Shown: positions 10,096 through 23,632, counted from the first letter of the stretch. The stretch: 64,000 nt of DNA from Escherichia coli O157:H7 (GCF_013167455.1 NZ_CP038328.1), one strand, 5' to 3'. The notes: generated from the sequence alone by a model not told the origin. Numbers and translations: made by a program.

Positions 10096-11448
10096 TTATC
10101 CTTCAACCTGCGTCCGGAGCGATGATTTTGTACGTTTATGAATGAGTCCGGCGCTTTCAAAAAGCCAGTACAACAGTTTTGCGATCATCAGACATGCGCC
10201 GAAGACCACGATAAAAAAGACCACGCGTGAGACAAACGAATCCAGCCCTTCACGCGCCAGCACGATCATATTGAAGATCGCCCCAAAGCAGAAACTGTGC
10301 AATATCGCAGCCTTATAGCGATTAGTTTCGCGGTTGCCCAGCTCATACAGCCAGTCGAACCATTTGATGATCAGTCCAACCACAATCGCCCCGAGCGGGA
10401 TGAACAACGCGCCGCCCATCACCACCAGTGAGCCTATAAGCGTAGGCGAGATCGCCAGTCCGGAGTGGTTATTCAGCACTTCCCAGGTAAAGTAGTTGGC
10501 TGAGTTCAGCACCATACTCGGGCGACCCGGCCACAGCCAGGAAGGGATAAAGACATAGAAATCGCGGACAATTGGCGCCAGGCCCTGGAAGTCGATGTTG
10601 TCGTAGTTCTGCAACAGCAACGCCAGATTCTCCCACGGCGAGAAGGTGTCGCGAGTGAGATAGAGAAACGTATAGAACGCTTCATCGCCGCTCACATTCA
10701 TTCCATAGCGTTTTAGCGCCAGCCAGAACATGCCAACAATCCCCAGCACGCCCGCCGCCGCCAGCATCCACAACGAAATCCAGCCGCGAATAATGCCAAT
10801 AAACAGGAAGATAGCGAATGCGATGATGATATTGGCGCGAGTGCCGCCGACAATCATATAAGTCAGCAAGCCAAAGGCGACCGTGCTGACGAGGAAAAAC
10901 AGCCACGCTTTGCTGTCCTGGCGCAGAAAGTAGACCACCAGCATCGCCGGGATGAAAAAGTAAAAGAAGCGTTTTAACGCCACGCCGGAGACTTCACTGG
11001 AAAAGATCTGACTGTAGGAGTTAAGCCGGAACAGCAAAAAGCCGTTGTGCATGAAGAAGATGCCGACGCTTACCAGCGCGATACCCATCAGGATCACCCA
11101 CGTAAGATTGGTTTCCACGCGGTTCATGGTAAACAGCGGACGGCGCGGTACATCAGCAACGCGTTTGCGTAGGCGGGTTTTGTAGGTGACGTAGTAAACC
11201 GCGTAGAAGCAGCCCGCAGAAAGCAACGCCTGCAACAGGATTTCTGGCGGCGCGACACCAACATCAAAGCGAAACACCAGCACGCTGGTCAGCGGGAAGC
11301 CAAAGAAAAAGGTGAGCAGAAACAGCAATGAAAAGAATACATTGAAGTTAAAGCGCACACGACGAAACTCAAACCAGGTCAGCGTGGCAATAAACAGCGT
11401 GCAGAGCAGCCAGACAACAAACAGGCCACTGAATTGCAGCAGACTCAT
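10096..11448 (-). CDS. wzyE: ECA polymerase
   Basis: 450 aa polytopic membrane protein; 4 bp start/stop overlap with wecF; position in ECA cluster. Confidence 0.85.
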
Positions 11449-12524
11449 GCGACCTCCCCGGCGGCAATCGCCAACGCCCGCTGCCAGCCTTGTAGATAGT
11501 TAGGGCTAAAGAAGGCAATGGTGTTTTTATCCACCGACGCCAACTGGCGCTGCGCTTCACGCACAATATCCTCGTTGAGATCGTCGGTAGTAAACAGCAC
11601 CGGTAAATGCTGTTCCGTCATATCCTGCCAGAACGGATTTTCCCGGTTAAGCACACAAGGAATGCCCGCCTGAATCAGTAAGCACAGCGTACCAATGCCC
11701 TGCTGGCGGGCAAAAATAAAGTAACCAAGATCGCACTGACGAAGTAGCGTCAGATAGGCGTCAAATTCCAGTTTTTCACTCAGAACTTGCAGATTTTCTT
11801 CGCTGAATAACTCCAGCCCCGCCTGACGAACTTCCTCGATGTACGCTTCGTTATGAGGCGGATATCCCATCGGCACCACCACTTTTACCGTATCGCCAAA
11901 TTGCTGATGAACGGCGCGCAAGGCAGCAATATGCTCATTGCTGCGGTCGCCGGAGTTCCCCACCAGAATGGTCATTTTCCCTTCACGTTGCCGATCGTTC
12001 GCCATCGTATTGAGAGAAGCATCCATCCGCGTCGGGAAGTACAGCAGTTCGCCCCGCACCTTTGGGTGCGTTTTGGCAAAAAAGCTCAAATCACCACGGG
12101 TGGCAAATACACAGCCGACTCGCTTTTGCGCCAGGCGACGTAGTGGGTAAAAAAGCTTATATCTCAAGCCACTGGAAAGCTCGTACAGGTCTGCCCCCCA
12201 GATATGCCAGTAAAACTGGCTGGGCTTAATGCCACCACTCAGCAGAGCCAGCCACAGTGTGGGATTGAACTGACCGTGGAAGAAAAAACGCTGCTGACGG
12301 TTAGCTTTTGCTTTCGCGATGACCGCTTCCGCCAGCGATTTTTTCCCAGGGAAAAATTGCACAGAAAGCGCCGGACAGCTATCACTTAAGCCGTCGTCCT
12401 TGCCAACAACCATAAACTCGCGCGCGTGCTCGCTCGTCGCGGCCAGCGCGTCATTGAAAAACCGCAAAACGGTTCGGTTATGGTGAGGGATATCCGATCC
12501 CAGTACGTGAATCAGTACAGTCAT
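11445..12524 (-). CDS. wecF: TDP-N-acetylfucosamine:lipid II N-acetylfucosaminyltransferase
   Basis: 359 aa ORF in ECA cluster; overlaps wzxE stop by 4 bp. Confidence 0.85.
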
Positions 12525-13771
12525 GCCCGCCTACGCCAGAGTAAAAACACGCCACAACAAAGAGAAAAATAGACGATATAGGTTGCCATATATGCCTGTG
12601 CCGCGCCCAGCGCGCCGTGCGTAGGGATTAGCCAGTGGGCAAATACCATCAATAAAGTGAACTGGCTGACTTCCGCCAGAATATAAAACCGCAGTGAAGC
12701 TTTGGCGATCACCAGATAACCAAAGACATAAGCGCCCACTTTTAACACATCACCCACCAACTGCCAGGCAAAGAGATCGCGCATAGCGGTAAATTTATTC
12801 GACAACAGCAGCCAGATAGCAAAATCACGCAGCAACCAGACGGTAAAACTCGCCGCCGCCACTGCCGGTAAGACGAATTTCAGCGATTTAACCACTTCCC
12901 GGGTGATATCGCGCTTTTCCGTTAGCCGCGACAACGTGGGCAGCAAATATACGCTGAACGATGCCGTAATAAATTGCAGGTAGGCATCGGAAATACTGCT
13001 CACCCCTTGCCAGATCCCCACCTCATCCCAGCTATACTGCGCCGCCAGCAGTTTACGCATCATGATGTAAGCAACAGGCAAGGTCACCGACGTAATCAAC
13101 GTCATGAGCGTAAATTTGCTCAACTGCCCTGCCAGACCGTTATCCCAGCTGGGTTTCAGATAGCTTAACGGGATAGCACCACGCTTAATTAACATGACGG
13201 CGGCAGGAATCACCACCAGCGCGGGAATCAACGCCAGACCCAGCAACGCCCCTTCATATCCGCCCAAACGGTAACTGACGTAGTACGCAAGAACGCCAAT
13301 CAAGCTGCCAACAATCAGAGATAACGCATTACCTGCGGCATCGCGAAAGCCTTTCATCAACGCCAGTAACAGGTTGCCCCAGGCGATCCCCATTTGCACC
13401 AGCGCCACTAAACGCACCAGCCCCTGATAGTCGTGATTACCAAACAATCCCAAGCTGATTGGCGCAGCTGCCAGCACAAAAACCAGCGCCATCAGCGTAG
13501 AGAAGCCAAGTACCATCGCTGATGAAGTGCCGACCACGCGGCGCAGCTGTTGCGGATTATCATGGTACTGGGCAACGTATTTGGTTACACCGTTAAAGAT
13601 GCCAGCCCCGGCAAGCACGCCGAGCACGGTAATCAACTGGCGGAAATTTGCCGCCAGCCCAAGCCCCGCCGGACCAAATGACACCGCCAGCAACTTACCG
13701 ACCAGTAACCCGGCACCAATCTTGACCAGTGTACTGGCCGCCGTCCACAAGGACGCTTTTGCCAACGACAT
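12521..13771 (-). CDS. wzxE: ECA lipid III flippase
   Basis: 416 aa polytopic membrane protein (Wzx/MOP family) in ECA cluster. Confidence 0.85.
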   Translation of the reverse strand: MSLAKASLWTAASTLVKIGAGLLVGKLLAVSFGPAGLGLAANFRQLITVLGVLAGAGIFNGVTKYVAQYHDNPQQLRRVVGTSSAMVLGFSTLMALVFVLAAAPISLGLFGNHDYQGLVRLVALVQMGIAWGNLLLALMKGFRDAAGNALSLIVGSLIGVLAYYVSYRLGGYEGALLGLALIPALVVIPAAVMLIKRGAIPLSYLKPSWDNGLAGQLSKFTLMTLITSVTLPVAYIMMRKLLAAQYSWDEVGIWQGVSSISDAYLQFITASFSVYLLPTLSRLTEKRDITREVVKSLKFVLPAVAAASFTVWLLRDFAIWLLLSNKFTAMRDLFAWQLVGDVLKVGAYVFGYLVIAKASLRFYILAEVSQFTLLMVFAHWLIPTHGALGAAQAYMATYIVYFSLCCGVFLLWRRRA

Positions 13772-13772
13772 A

Positions 13773-14903
13773 TCAGGAGAAGTAGTTCAACAAAGTCGCA
13801 ATTACCGTACGCTGATTGACGGGCGACAGGTTGTAGAACAGCGGCAGGCGCAGCAGGCGCTCGCTCTCTTTGGTGGTGTAGCGATCTTCACCGTGGAACT
13901 CACCAAAGCGTTCCCCCGCAGGGCAACCGTGCAGCGGAATGTAATGGAACACCGCCATGATTTCCGCTTCTTTCAGAAAGTTAATCAACGCGCTCCGGTC
14001 ACCAATATCCCGCAGTTTAATGTAAAACATATGCGCGTTCTGCAAGCAGCCATCGGGAATCGACGGCAGCTCGATACGCCCGGCTTTCGCCAGAGGTGCT
14101 AACGCATCGTAGTAGTTTTGCCACAGCGCCAGACGTTGCTGGTTGATACGATCCGCTGCTTCCAGTTGCGCCCACAGGTACGCAGCTTGCAGATCGGACA
14201 TCAAATAGCTGGAGCCGATATCGCGCCAGGTATATTTATCGACCTGACCACGGAAGAACTGGCTGCGGTTTGTGCCTTTTTCACGGATGATCTCGGCTCG
14301 TTCGATCAACGCTTTATCGTTAATCAGCGTCGCGCCGCCTTCACCGCCCGCCGTGTAGTTTTTGGTTTCATGGAAGCTAAAGCAGCCAATATGACCAATG
14401 GTTCCCAGTGCACGCCCTTTGTAAGTGGACATCACGCCCTGAGCAGCATCTTCCACCACAAACAGATTATGCTTTTTCGCCAACGCCATAATGGTGTCCA
14501 TTTCGCAGGCCACGCCCGCGTAATGCACCGGCACGATAACGCGCGTTTTGTCGGTGATCGCCGCTTCAATCAACGTTTCGTCGATGTTCATGGTGTCCGG
14601 GCGAACATCCACAAAAACGATTTTTGCGCCACGCAGCACAAAGGCATTGGCGGTGGAGACAAAGGTGTAGCTCGGCATGATCACTTCATCGCCAGGCTGG
14701 ATATCGAGCAGCAGCGCCGCCATCTCCAGCGAAGCGGTGCAGGACGGCGTCAGTAACACTTTGGCGCTGCCAAAACGTTGCTCCAGCCACTGCTGGCAGC
14801 GACGGGTAAAACCGCCATCGCCACACAGTTTGCCGCTACCCATTGCCGACTGCATATAGTCGAGTTCGGTTCCCACCACCGGCGGTGCGTTAAATGGAAT
14901 CAT
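13773..14903 (-). CDS. wecE: dTDP-4-amino-4,6-dideoxygalactose transaminase (PLP-dependent)
   Basis: 376 aa ORF; DegT/DnrJ/EryC1 aminotransferase family features; position. Confidence 0.9.
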   Translation of the reverse strand: MIPFNAPPVVGTELDYMQSAMGSGKLCGDGGFTRRCQQWLEQRFGSAKVLLTPSCTASLEMAALLLDIQPGDEVIMPSYTFVSTANAFVLRGAKIVFVDVRPDTMNIDETLIEAAITDKTRVIVPVHYAGVACEMDTIMALAKKHNLFVVEDAAQGVMSTYKGRALGTIGHIGCFSFHETKNYTAGGEGGATLINDKALIERAEIIREKGTNRSQFFRGQVDKYTWRDIGSSYLMSDLQAAYLWAQLEAADRINQQRLALWQNYYDALAPLAKAGRIELPSIPDGCLQNAHMFYIKLRDIGDRSALINFLKEAEIMAVFHYIPLHGCPAGERFGEFHGEDRYTTKESERLLRLPLFYNLSPVNQRTVIATLLNYFS

Positions 14904-14907
14904 GTGA

Positions 14908-15582
14908 TCACCTGTATAACCAGTACGCGGTGCTTTCTACATTCGCACCACTTTGTATGTATCGTTTAAGCGCGGCGGTGTTGCCCATTTGGGTCGCCAC
15001 CCGCAAAGTTGTTTTACCGCGAGCATACGCCCAGTTTAGCGCCGTTTGCATCAGCTCAGCACCTGCACCGCGTCCAGCCAGCAGGCCAATTCGCGCATCT
15101 GTAGCATTGAGTTCCCGTAAAGAGACATAACCGCGAATATCGCCGGACGCCGCACGTAAAATCAGACATTGATGATCAAAGGTGCCGCGCACGGCATTTT
15201 CAATCCACTGTGCATAAAAGCGACTGCTGGCGTCAGGCGCATACCACGGCGCACGAAAACGGCTTTGCGCAAATGCGGCGCTGGCTAACTGACGTAATGC
15301 GGGAATATCGGTCTCTTGTGCCACTACAGCACCGCTATCACTGGCATTGTTCACGGGTAGCGCCAAATCAACTTCACCTTCTACCAGGGAGAATCCCAGC
15401 TGTTGCAGGGCATCCAGTTCCCCCGTATTTGATGCCGCAATTTTGGCCTGCACCCGTGACCACGGCGCTAACGCGTCTGGCGTCAGGAACGGTGCTTCAG
15501 ACGTAATGCGCACGATGGCGCTGTTAACACCAAAGAAGGCGTTTTCCCAGGTTAGTGGCTCAATACTGGCGCGGACGGGCAC
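14908..15582 (-). CDS. wecD: dTDP-fucosamine acetyltransferase (GNAT)
   Basis: 224 aa ORF; 23 bp overlap with rffH; position in ECA cluster. Confidence 0.8.
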   Translation of the reverse strand: MPVRASIEPLTWENAFFGVNSAIVRITSEAPFLTPDALAPWSRVQAKIAASNTGELDALQQLGFSLVEGEVDLALPVNNASDSGAVVAQETDIPALRQLASAAFAQSRFRAPWYAPDASSRFYAQWIENAVRGTFDHQCLILRAASGDIRGYVSLRELNATDARIGLLAGRGAGAELMQTALNWAYARGKTTLRVATQMGNTAALKRYIQSGANVESTAYWLYR

Positions 15583-16441
15583 GAAGTAACTCCAGCAGAT
15601 ATTGGCCGTAGCCAGTTTTCGCTAATGAACTGGCAGCACGCTTCACACCCTCGTCATCGAGCCAGCCGTTACGCCAGGCGATCTCTTCCAGGCAGGCAAT
15701 CTTAAAGCCCTGGCGTTTTTCCACCGTCTGTACAAAGGTGCTGGCTTCAATCAGGCTGTCGTGAGTGCCAGTGTCCAGCCAGGCAAATCCGCGCCCGAGC
15801 AGTTCAACGGTCAGGTTGCCCGCCTCGAGGTACATCTGGTTGATGGAGGTAATCTCCAGTTCACCACGCTCCGACGGCTTCACCTGCTTTGCGTACTCCA
15901 CGACTTTACTGTCGTAGAAATAAAGCCCGGTCACCGCCCAGTTTGATTTCGGCTGTTTTGGCTTTTCTTCCAGCGAGATAGCGCGGAAATTATCGTCAAA
16001 CTCCACCACGCCAAAGCGTTCCGGGTCCATCACCTGATAGCCAAAAACCGTCGCCACTTCCGTGCGCGCCGCAACATGACGCAGCTTCGGACTGAAGCCC
16101 TGACCGAAGAAGATGTTATCGCCCAGCACCAGACAAGAAGGTTCACCATTAAGGAAGGTTTCACCGATGATAAAGGCCTGCGCCAGACCGTCCGGGCTGG
16201 GCTGTTCGGCATATTCCAGCTGGATACCGAACTCACTACCATCGCCCAGCAGGCGCTGGAAATAACCTTTATCTTCCGGCGTAGTGATGATGAGAATTTC
16301 GCGGATACCGGCCAGCATCAGCACCGACAGCGGATAGTAAATCATTGGCTTATCGTAAATCGGCAACAGTTGCTTCGATACGCCGCGCGTAATCGGATGC
16401 AATCGGGTACCGGAACCGCCCGCCAGGATAATACCTTTCAT
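15560..16441 (-). CDS. rffH: glucose-1-phosphate thymidylyltransferase 2
   Basis: 293 aa; N-terminal [18 protein letters not shown] nucleotidyltransferase signature. Confidence 0.9.
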   Translation of the reverse strand: MKGIILAGGSGTRLHPITRGVSKQLLPIYDKPMIYYPLSVLMLAGIREILIITTPEDKGYFQRLLGDGSEFGIQLEYAEQPSPDGLAQAFIIGETFLNGEPSCLVLGDNIFFGQGFSPKLRHVAARTEVATVFGYQVMDPERFGVVEFDDNFRAISLEEKPKQPKSNWAVTGLYFYDSKVVEYAKQVKPSERGELEITSINQMYLEAGNLTVELLGRGFAWLDTGTHDSLIEASTFVQTVEKRQGFKIACLEEIAWRNGWLDDEGVKRAASSLAKTGYGQYLLELLRARPRQY

Positions 16442-16459
16442 GTTTGCCTCCGCTGAAAA

Positions 16460-17527
16460 TTAGCCTTTCAGACCTAAACGCTCGCCCTGATAGCTGCCGT
16501 CCTGCACCTGCTTCCTCCAGCTTTCATTAGCCAGATACCACTGCACCGTTTTACGCATTCCACTTTCAAAGGTTTCCTGCGGCAGCCAGCCAAGTTCACG
16601 GGCAATTTTCGAAGCATCAATGGCATAGCGCAGATCATGCCCCGGACGGTCAGCGACAAAGGTGATCAAGTCACGATAATGCACCACGCCTTGCGGCTTG
16701 TTCGGAGCCAGTTCTTCCAGCAGCTCGCAAATGGTTTCCACAACATCGAGATTCTTACGCTCGTTGTGACCACCAATATTATAGGTTTCACCGACTTTCC
16801 CGGTGGTCGCCACGCAATACAGCGCGCGGGCGTGATCTTCAACATACAGCCAGTCACGGATTTGCTGCCCGTTGCCATATACCGGTAGCGGTTTACCCGC
16901 CAGCGCGTTGAGGATCATCAGCGGGATCAGTTTTTCCGGAAAGTGGTAAGGACCGTAGTTATTCGAGCAGTTGGTGATAAGCGTTGGCAGACCATAGGTT
17001 CGCAGCCAGGCGCGCACCAGATGGTCGCTGCTGGCTTTTGACGCGGAATAAGGGCTGCTCGGCGCATACGGCGTGGTTTCGGTGAAGAAATCATCCGTCG
17101 AGTGCAGGTCACCATATACTTCGTCAGTGGAGATATGATGAAAACGGAACGCTGATTTTTTATCTTCCGTCAGCGCATTCCAGTAAGCCCGCGCCGCTTC
17201 AAGCAATGTATAAGTCCCGACAATGTTGGTTTCAATAAACGCTGCCGGGCCGTCAATAGAACGGTCAACATGGCTTTCGGCTGCCAGATGCATGACACAG
17301 TCTGGCTGATGCTCAGTGAATACGCGCGCCAGTTCTGCCCGATCGCAGATATCAACTTTCTCAAAGGCAAAGCGCTCGCTTTGCGCGACCGGTGCCAGCG
17401 ACATCAGGTTTCCGGCGTAGGTCAGCTTATCGACCACTACCACCGCGTCGCTCGTTTCGTTGATGATATAACGCACCAGCGCCGAGCCAATAAACCCGGC
17501 ACCGCCTGTTATCAGAATCTTTCTCAT
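16460..17527 (-). CDS. rffG: dTDP-glucose 4,6-dehydratase 2
   Basis: 355 aa; N-terminal Rossmann motif [19 protein letters not shown]; SDR family. Confidence 0.9.
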   Translation of the reverse strand: MRKILITGGAGFIGSALVRYIINETSDAVVVVDKLTYAGNLMSLAPVAQSERFAFEKVDICDRAELARVFTEHQPDCVMHLAAESHVDRSIDGPAAFIETNIVGTYTLLEAARAYWNALTEDKKSAFRFHHISTDEVYGDLHSTDDFFTETTPYAPSSPYSASKASSDHLVRAWLRTYGLPTLITNCSNNYGPYHFPEKLIPLMILNALAGKPLPVYGNGQQIRDWLYVEDHARALYCVATTGKVGETYNIGGHNERKNLDVVETICELLEELAPNKPQGVVHYRDLITFVADRPGHDLRYAIDASKIARELGWLPQETFESGMRKTVQWYLANESWRKQVQDGSYQGERLGLKG

Positions 17528-18789
17528 CAGCGCCAGACTCCTTTAGCATCGACGACATACTGCTGATGGACATTGTCGCCATTGATAACTTTGAACTGAC
17601 TATGATCGACCAGCATCACCAGCACGTCTGCCGTTGCCAGCGCCTCGTCAAGCTGCGCCAGAGTACAAAGCCCGGTCAGTTTTTTCGGCAACTGGTGGAT
17701 GTTAGGCTCAACAACCAGAGTTTCGCCGCTATGCCACTGGGCGATCAGTTCAGCGATTTCCATCGCCGGGCTTTCGCGCAGGTCATCAATATTCGGTTTA
17801 AACGCCAGACCAAAGCAGGCGATTTTCAGTTCACTGGCGCGTTTATCGGTAGCCGCCAGGCAATCAGCCACCGCCGCTTTCACCTGATCGATAACCCAGA
17901 ACGGTTTGTGATCGTTCACTTCGCGCGCGGTACGGATAAGCCGCGCCTGCTGGGGGTTCTGTGCCACGATAAACCACGGATCAACAGCAATGCAGTGACC
18001 GCCCACGCCAGGGCCAGGCTGAAGAATATTAACGCGAGGGTGACGATTCGCCAGGCGAATCAGTTCCCAGACGTTAATCCCCTGATCGGCACAAATCAGC
18101 GACAATTCATTAGCAAAAGCGATATTCACATCGCGGAAGCTGTTTTCGGTGAGCTTACACATTTCCGCCGTCCGCGAGTTAGTGACGACACACTCACCTT
18201 CGAGGAAAATTTTGTACAGTTCGCTGGCGCGGGCCGAACAAACCGGCGTCATACCACCAATCACGCGATCGTTTTTAATCAGCTCGACCATAACCTGGCC
18301 CGGTAACACGCGTTCCGGGCAGTAAGCAATGTTGACGTCCGCCTGCTCGCCCACCTGCTGTGGGAAAGTGAGATCCGGACGCATCTCTGCTAACCATTCT
18401 GCCATCTTCTCGGTTGACCCCACCGGCGAGGTGGATTCAAGGATCACCAGCGCGCCTTTTTTCAGCACTGGCGCAATGGAGCGAGCAGCCGATTCAACGT
18501 AGGTCATATCTGGCTCATGATCGCCTTTAAACGGCGTGGGTACAGCAATCAGCCAGGCATCCGCTTCAACTGGCGTCGTGCTCGCTCGTAAAAAACCGCC
18601 TTCTACGGCAGTTTTTACTACGCTCGCCAAATCAGGCTCGACGATATGGATTTCGCCACGATTGATGGTATCAACCGCGTGTTGGTTGATATCGACACCA
18701 ATCACCTGTTTTTGCCGTGAGGCAAACGCTGCTGCTGTAGGCAGCCCGATGTAACCCAGTCCGATAACAGAAATGGTCGCAAAACTCAT
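17527..18789 (-). CDS. wecC: UDP-N-acetyl-D-mannosamine dehydrogenase
   Basis: 420 aa; N-terminal NAD-binding motif [18 protein letters not shown]; UDP-glucose/GDP-mannose dehydrogenase family. Confidence 0.9.
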   Translation of the reverse strand: MSFATISVIGLGYIGLPTAAAFASRQKQVIGVDINQHAVDTINRGEIHIVEPDLASVVKTAVEGGFLRASTTPVEADAWLIAVPTPFKGDHEPDMTYVESAARSIAPVLKKGALVILESTSPVGSTEKMAEWLAEMRPDLTFPQQVGEQADVNIAYCPERVLPGQVMVELIKNDRVIGGMTPVCSARASELYKIFLEGECVVTNSRTAEMCKLTENSFRDVNIAFANELSLICADQGINVWELIRLANRHPRVNILQPGPGVGGHCIAVDPWFIVAQNPQQARLIRTAREVNDHKPFWVIDQVKAAVADCLAATDKRASELKIACFGLAFKPNIDDLRESPAMEIAELIAQWHSGETLVVEPNIHQLPKKLTGLCTLAQLDEALATADVLVMLVDHSQFKVINGDNVHQQYVVDAKGVWR

Positions 18790-19916
18790 AGTGATATCCG
18801 ATTATTTTTTAACGCTTCCAGAATGCGAGAGCATGCCTGACCATCACCATACGGGTTATGGGCGCGGCTCATAGTTTGATATTCGTTTTCGTCTTTTAAA
18901 AGACGCGTCACTTCCTCGACAATTCGCTGCTTATCCGTGCCTACCAGACGCACCGTACCCGCCGTCACCGCTTCCGGACGCTCAGTGGTATCGCGCATCA
19001 CCAGCACCGGTTTCCCCAGCGAAGGCGCTTCTTCCTGAATGCCGCCTGAGTCGGTCAAAATCAGCCAGGCGTGGTTCATCAGCCAGACAAACGGTAAATA
19101 CTCCTGAGGATCGATCAGAATGACATTTTTCACATGCCCCAGAATGCGATTGACCGGCTCTCTGACGTTCGGGTTGAGATGCACCGGATAGACAATCTGG
19201 ATGTCCTGGTGCGTGGTGGCGATGTCTGCCAGCGCGTGGCAGATTTCTTCAAAGCCACGACCGAAGCTTTCACGCCTGTGACCGGTCACCAGAATCATCT
19301 TTTTATCGGGGTCGATAAACGGGTAATTTGCCGCAAGTTCTGAACGCAGCGTGTCGCTGCTCATCACCTGGTCACGCACCCATAACAGTGCATCAATGAC
19401 TGTATTACCGGTAATGAAGATTCGGCTATCTGCAACGTTTTCACGCAGCAAGTTTTGCCGGGAAGTTTCGGTTGGAGAGAAATGATACATCGCCAGATGC
19501 CCGGTCAATGTACGGTTAGCCTCTTCCGGCCACGGCGAATAGAGATCGCCCGTGCGTAAACCAGCCTCAACGTGACCAACAGGAATACGCTGATAAAACG
19601 CCGCCAGGCTGGTTGCCAGCGTCGTCGTTGTGTCGCCGTGAACCAGCACGACGTCTGGTTTGAACTCGGCAAGAATAGGTTTTAGCCCTTCCAGAATCCG
19701 ACAGGTTATCTCTGTCAGGCCCTGTCCTGGCTGCATTATGTTGAGATCGTAGTCAGGTACAATGGAAAAGAGTTTCAGCACCTGATCGAGCATCTCCCGA
19801 TGCTGCGCAGTGACGCAAACTTTAGCCTCAAAAAAAGGATCTTTTGCCAACGCATGCACCAACGGAGCCATCTTGATGGCTTCCGGGCGCGTACCAAATA
19901 CAGTCAGTACTTTCAC
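18786..19916 (-). CDS. wecB: UDP-N-acetylglucosamine 2-epimerase
   Basis: ORF extends to 19958, but the recognised N-terminus (M)[17 protein letters not shown] begins at a GTG at 19916 (376 aa). Confidence 0.85.
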   Translation of the reverse strand: MKVLTVFGTRPEAIKMAPLVHALAKDPFFEAKVCVTAQHREMLDQVLKLFSIVPDYDLNIMQPGQGLTEITCRILEGLKPILAEFKPDVVLVHGDTTTTLATSLAAFYQRIPVGHVEAGLRTGDLYSPWPEEANRTLTGHLAMYHFSPTETSRQNLLRENVADSRIFITGNTVIDALLWVRDQVMSSDTLRSELAANYPFIDPDKKMILVTGHRRESFGRGFEEICHALADIATTHQDIQIVYPVHLNPNVREPVNRILGHVKNVILIDPQEYLPFVWLMNHAWLILTDSGGIQEEAPSLGKPVLVMRDTTERPEAVTAGTVRLVGTDKQRIVEEVTRLLKDENEYQTMSRAHNPYGDGQACSRILEALKNNRISL

Positions 19917-19971
19917 ATCGATTCTCTTCGAATAAGCGGCGAGCGCCTTTGCGCTCACCGCAGCAGTGTTG

Positions 19972-21018
19972 CTATTTCGAGCAACGGCGGGTTAATGCGA
20001 CACCAGCCCCGATCAGCCCCCCGACAATGCCCCACATAATCATCAGGAAGGCACGACGTGGGCTATCGCGTTTTACCGGTTCTTCCGGCGTACGCAAATA
20101 GCGATAGGTCTGAAAACGCGGATCCAGGGTTGGACCAACATTCAGGGTGTTTAACATGGCCCGATTCTGATCATAGTCGAGATCAAAGGCCGGACCGACG
20201 GCCTGTAAATTTTCCAGTCGAGCCTGGAGCATTGGACGCCCAAGCAGGAACATTTCTGAATCAGGTAATTCCTCGGCAGGCACATCTGTCGCACTGCGCG
20301 AAATATTATGCTGCTCAGCAATTTTCAGCGCCTGCTCAATGCTGTTCATCCGGCGGTCGTAGATGGCTTTCGCCACCTCTTCCTGACGCTTCACCTGTGC
20401 TTTCATCTGGATGGTACGCGCCGCCCATGCGCCTTTCAGCTCATCATTCAGATGGCTGGCTGCACGCTGGCTGGCAAAAGCAACATACTGACGTAACAGG
20501 TTATTAGCGTCAGGCGCGGTTTCGGCAATAAGCTTCACGCTGTCATTGACCGCGCGGGTAAAGTCTCCGGGGATAAACTGGATGTTGTTAATCATTTCAT
20601 CCAGCAACGCCGCATCGGCTTTGCTGTTGCCCACCATCCGCTGCTTGTAATAGTCGGTTTGCAGCCAGAACTCTCTGCGGGTATCCCACGAGGCCAGTTG
20701 CATAACAAACTCTTTATAGGCTTCGTCCATGACCGATGGTTGGTCGGCAGAAGCCATGTTTGAACGGACATCCAGGTTACGCAAAAATTGCTGCTGCGAG
20801 TAATATCCCCCCAGCATATTCACCGTTGGACGATCGGTAATCGCCGTCGAGCTCCACTCCTGACGAGCAAAAAACGTATACGCCAGCGCGATTAACGCAA
20901 ACGCCAGCCCCATGCCAATAATCCATAGCTTCCCAGCCCACAAGGTACGAAACAACCCACGAATATCCAGTTCATTTTCAGCGTCTTCGGCCGGTTTCCC
21001 AGGCATTGGTTGTGTCAT
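19972..21018 (-). CDS. wzzE: ECA polysaccharide chain-length modulation protein
   Basis: About 348 aa; Wzz-type topology with TM helices at both ends; position between wecA and wecB. Confidence 0.85.
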   Translation of the reverse strand: MTQPMPGKPAEDAENELDIRGLFRTLWAGKLWIIGMGLAFALIALAYTFFARQEWSSTAITDRPTVNMLGGYYSQQQFLRNLDVRSNMASADQPSVMDEAYKEFVMQLASWDTRREFWLQTDYYKQRMVGNSKADAALLDEMINNIQFIPGDFTRAVNDSVKLIAETAPDANNLLRQYVAFASQRAASHLNDELKGAWAARTIQMKAQVKRQEEVAKAIYDRRMNSIEQALKIAEQHNISRSATDVPAEELPDSEMFLLGRPMLQARLENLQAVGPAFDLDYDQNRAMLNTLNVGPTLDPRFQTYRYLRTPEEPVKRDSPRRAFLMIMWGIVGGLIGAGVALTRRCSK

Positions 21019-21029
21019 CACATCCTCAT

Positions 21030-22133
21030 TTATTTGGTTAAATTGGGGCTGCCACCACGATTTCTACGCAGTCTGCGTTTTACGCGCTTAATAAAGCGAG
21101 CAACTTTCCAGGCACGCTTAATGCAATATCCATAGAGGAGGAATGCTAGCAAAAAGAGCACCAACATGACCCACTCCGGGACAAAATGAGAATATTCTGC
21201 CAGCACGCCAATGGAAGCGAGCAGTGCTGCGGCAAGGGTAATCAGCACAAACGCCTGGCGGGAAGTAAACCCGGCACGCATGATCAAATGGTGAATATGC
21301 TGACGGTCAGGAGAGAATGGGCTCATGCCTTTACGCAGGCGACGGTACATAATCGCCACCATATCCATTAGCGGAATGGCGATTATCCACAAAGCGGTAA
21401 CCGGGCTGATGGGATGGGTTTTGCCTTGGGTCGTTTCGAGCAGGATCCAGATCACGGTAAAACCAATCAGCGTACTGCCCGCATCACCCATAAAGACTTT
21501 GTAGCGGCGACCCAGGATACCAAGGTTAAGCATGATATATGGCAGGATGGCGGCGATCATCGCAAAGCACCAGATTGCGAGGCTGGTTTGCCCGTCGAAC
21601 CACAAAATCATACCGATTGCTGCAAACGAGACGCAGGACAACCCGCCCAGCAAGCCATCAATGCCATCAACCATGTTGAACGCATTAATGGCCGCCCAGA
21701 CGGCAAATAGCGTCAGGAAGTAACCAAACGGTCCGAGCACCATCTCCCAGGAGCCAAAGATATAACCCAGGCTACTGAGATAAAGGTTGCCAAACACCAT
21801 CATAACAATGCCAACAGCGGCCTGTATGGTGGCACGGATTTTTACGCTGATATCAAAACGGTCATCCAGCGCGCCAATGAAAACAAGCACACCGGCACAA
21901 GCGAGATAGAGAGATGCATGCGGAATATAGTAATCGACAATTCCGAACGTGAAGCAAATCCCTGCGTAAACCGAAATACCCCCAACGAGTGGTATCAACC
22001 CCTGGTGACGTTTGCGGAAGTTTGGTTTATCCACTAAACCGACTTTTTTTGCCACCTTACGGGCAAAAAACAGAAACAGTGTCGTGAATAAAAAAATACT
22101 GATGAGATCAGTACTCACTGTCAGTAAATTCAC
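21030..22133 (-). CDS. wecA: UDP-GlcNAc:undecaprenyl-phosphate GlcNAc-1-phosphate transferase
   Basis: 367 aa polytopic membrane protein, first gene of the ECA cluster immediately downstream of rho. Confidence 0.9.
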   Translation of the reverse strand: MNLLTVSTDLISIFLFTTLFLFFARKVAKKVGLVDKPNFRKRHQGLIPLVGGISVYAGICFTFGIVDYYIPHASLYLACAGVLVFIGALDDRFDISVKIRATIQAAVGIVMMVFGNLYLSSLGYIFGSWEMVLGPFGYFLTLFAVWAAINAFNMVDGIDGLLGGLSCVSFAAIGMILWFDGQTSLAIWCFAMIAAILPYIMLNLGILGRRYKVFMGDAGSTLIGFTVIWILLETTQGKTHPISPVTALWIIAIPLMDMVAIMYRRLRKGMSPFSPDRQHIHHLIMRAGFTSRQAFVLITLAAALLASIGVLAEYSHFVPEWVMLVLFLLAFLLYGYCIKRAWKVARFIKRVKRRLRRNRGGSPNLTK

Positions 22134-22330
22134 AATGCATGCTCTCAGAGAAAATTATTAGCAGAAGTATAACCACGAAGACCTTTATTCAGAAGGGAAA
22201 GTCCGTTCCGAACCCACCAGTCCTGTGCAAAAATTAACCATTTGATATGCAAATTGCATAACATGCCAGCAAATTCCAGGAATTTTCCTAACATCGCCAG
22301 CGCGGCATTAAGATTACAGATATAAAAGCA

Positions 22331-22356
22331 AAACGCCACGTAAACACGTGGCGTTT
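22331..22356 (-). terminator. Intrinsic terminator downstream of rho
   Basis: Inverted repeat CGCCACGT..ACGTGGCG (+ strand AAACGCCACGTAAACACGTGGCGTTT), followed on the minus strand by a T-rich run. Confidence 0.6.
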
Positions 22357-22372
22357 TTGGCATAAGACAAAT

Positions 22373-23632
22373 TTATGAGCGTTTCATCATTTCGAAGAAA
22401 TCGTCATTGGTCTTGGTCATTGCCAGTTTATTAATGAGGAATTCCATTGCATCGATTTCGCCCATCGGGTGAATGATTTTGCGCAGGATCCACATTTTCT
22501 GCAGTTCTTCCTGAGTCGTGAGCAGCTCTTCTTTACGGGTACCGGAACGGTTGTAGTCGATAGCCGGGAAGACGCGTTTTTCAGCGATCTTACGAGAGAG
22601 GTGCAGTTCCATGTTGCCTGTACCTTTAAACTCTTCGTAAATAACTTCGTCCATTTTAGAACCGGTATCGATAAGCGCCGTCGCGATAATGGTCAGGCTG
22701 CCGCCCTCTTCCACGTTACGCGCCGCACCGAAGAAGCGTTTCGGACGATGCAGGGCGTTGGCATCCACACCACCGGTCAACACTTTACCTGACGCCGGAA
22801 CAACGGTGTTGTAAGCGCGCGCCAGACGAGTGATGGAGTCGAGCAGAATGATAACGTCTTTCTTGTGCTCAACCAGGCGTTTCGCCTTCTCGATCACCAT
22901 TTCCGCAACCTGAACGTGGCGAGATGCGGGTTCGTCAAAGGTAGAAGCAACAACTTCACCTTTTACCAGTCGCTGCATCTCGGTTACTTCTTCCGGACGT
23001 TCGTCGATCAGCAGAACCATCAGCACACAATCCGGGTGGTTGTAAGCAATGCTCTGAGCAATGTTCTGCAGCAGCATGGTTTTACCGGCTTTCGGCGGTG
23101 CCACAATCAGACCACGCTGACCACGACCGATAGGTGATGCCAGATCCAGTACGCGAGCGGTTAAATCTTCAGTAGAACCGTTACCACGTTCCATACGCAG
23201 ACGAGAGTTTGCGTGCAGCGGGGTTAAGTTCTCAAAGAGGATTTTGTTGCGGGCGTTTTCAGGTTTGTCGAAGTTAACTTCGTTAACTTTCAGCAGCGCA
23301 AAATAGCGTTCACCTTCTTTCGGCGGGCGAATCTTACCAGAGATGGTATCACCAGTGCGGAGGTTGAAACGGCGGATTTGGCTAGGGGAAACGTAGATGT
23401 CATCAGGACCGGCGAGGTAGGAGCTGTCTGCGGAACGGAGGAAACCAAATCCATCCTGCAATATCTCCAGTACGCCATCACCAAAGATATCTTCGCCACT
23501 CTTTGCGTGCTGCTTCAGGATGGCAAAAATAATGTCCTGCTTACGCATACGAGCCAGGTTTTCCAGCCCCATATTTTCGCCGAGAGTGATCAGCTCAGAA
23601 ACCGGCGTATTCTTTAATTCGGTAAGATTCAT
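22373..23632 (-). CDS. rho: transcription termination factor Rho
   Basis: ORF 22373..23704; recognised N-terminus [23 protein letters not shown] gives 419 aa from 23632; Walker A-type PKAGKT present. Confidence 0.95.

Noticed and set aside
17566-18306. 246 aa + strand ORF antisense to wecC, and similar long antisense ORFs inside ilvC, rep, gppA, aslB and rbsA
   Set aside because: The sense-strand genes carry recognisable catalytic motifs and correct lengths; the antisense ORFs have no start context or motifs and are typical of GC-rich coding DNA.
22145-22363. 72 aa minus-strand ORF between rho and wecA
   Set aside because: Lies across the rho terminator hairpin and wec promoter region; no ribosome-binding site and no recognisable domain.
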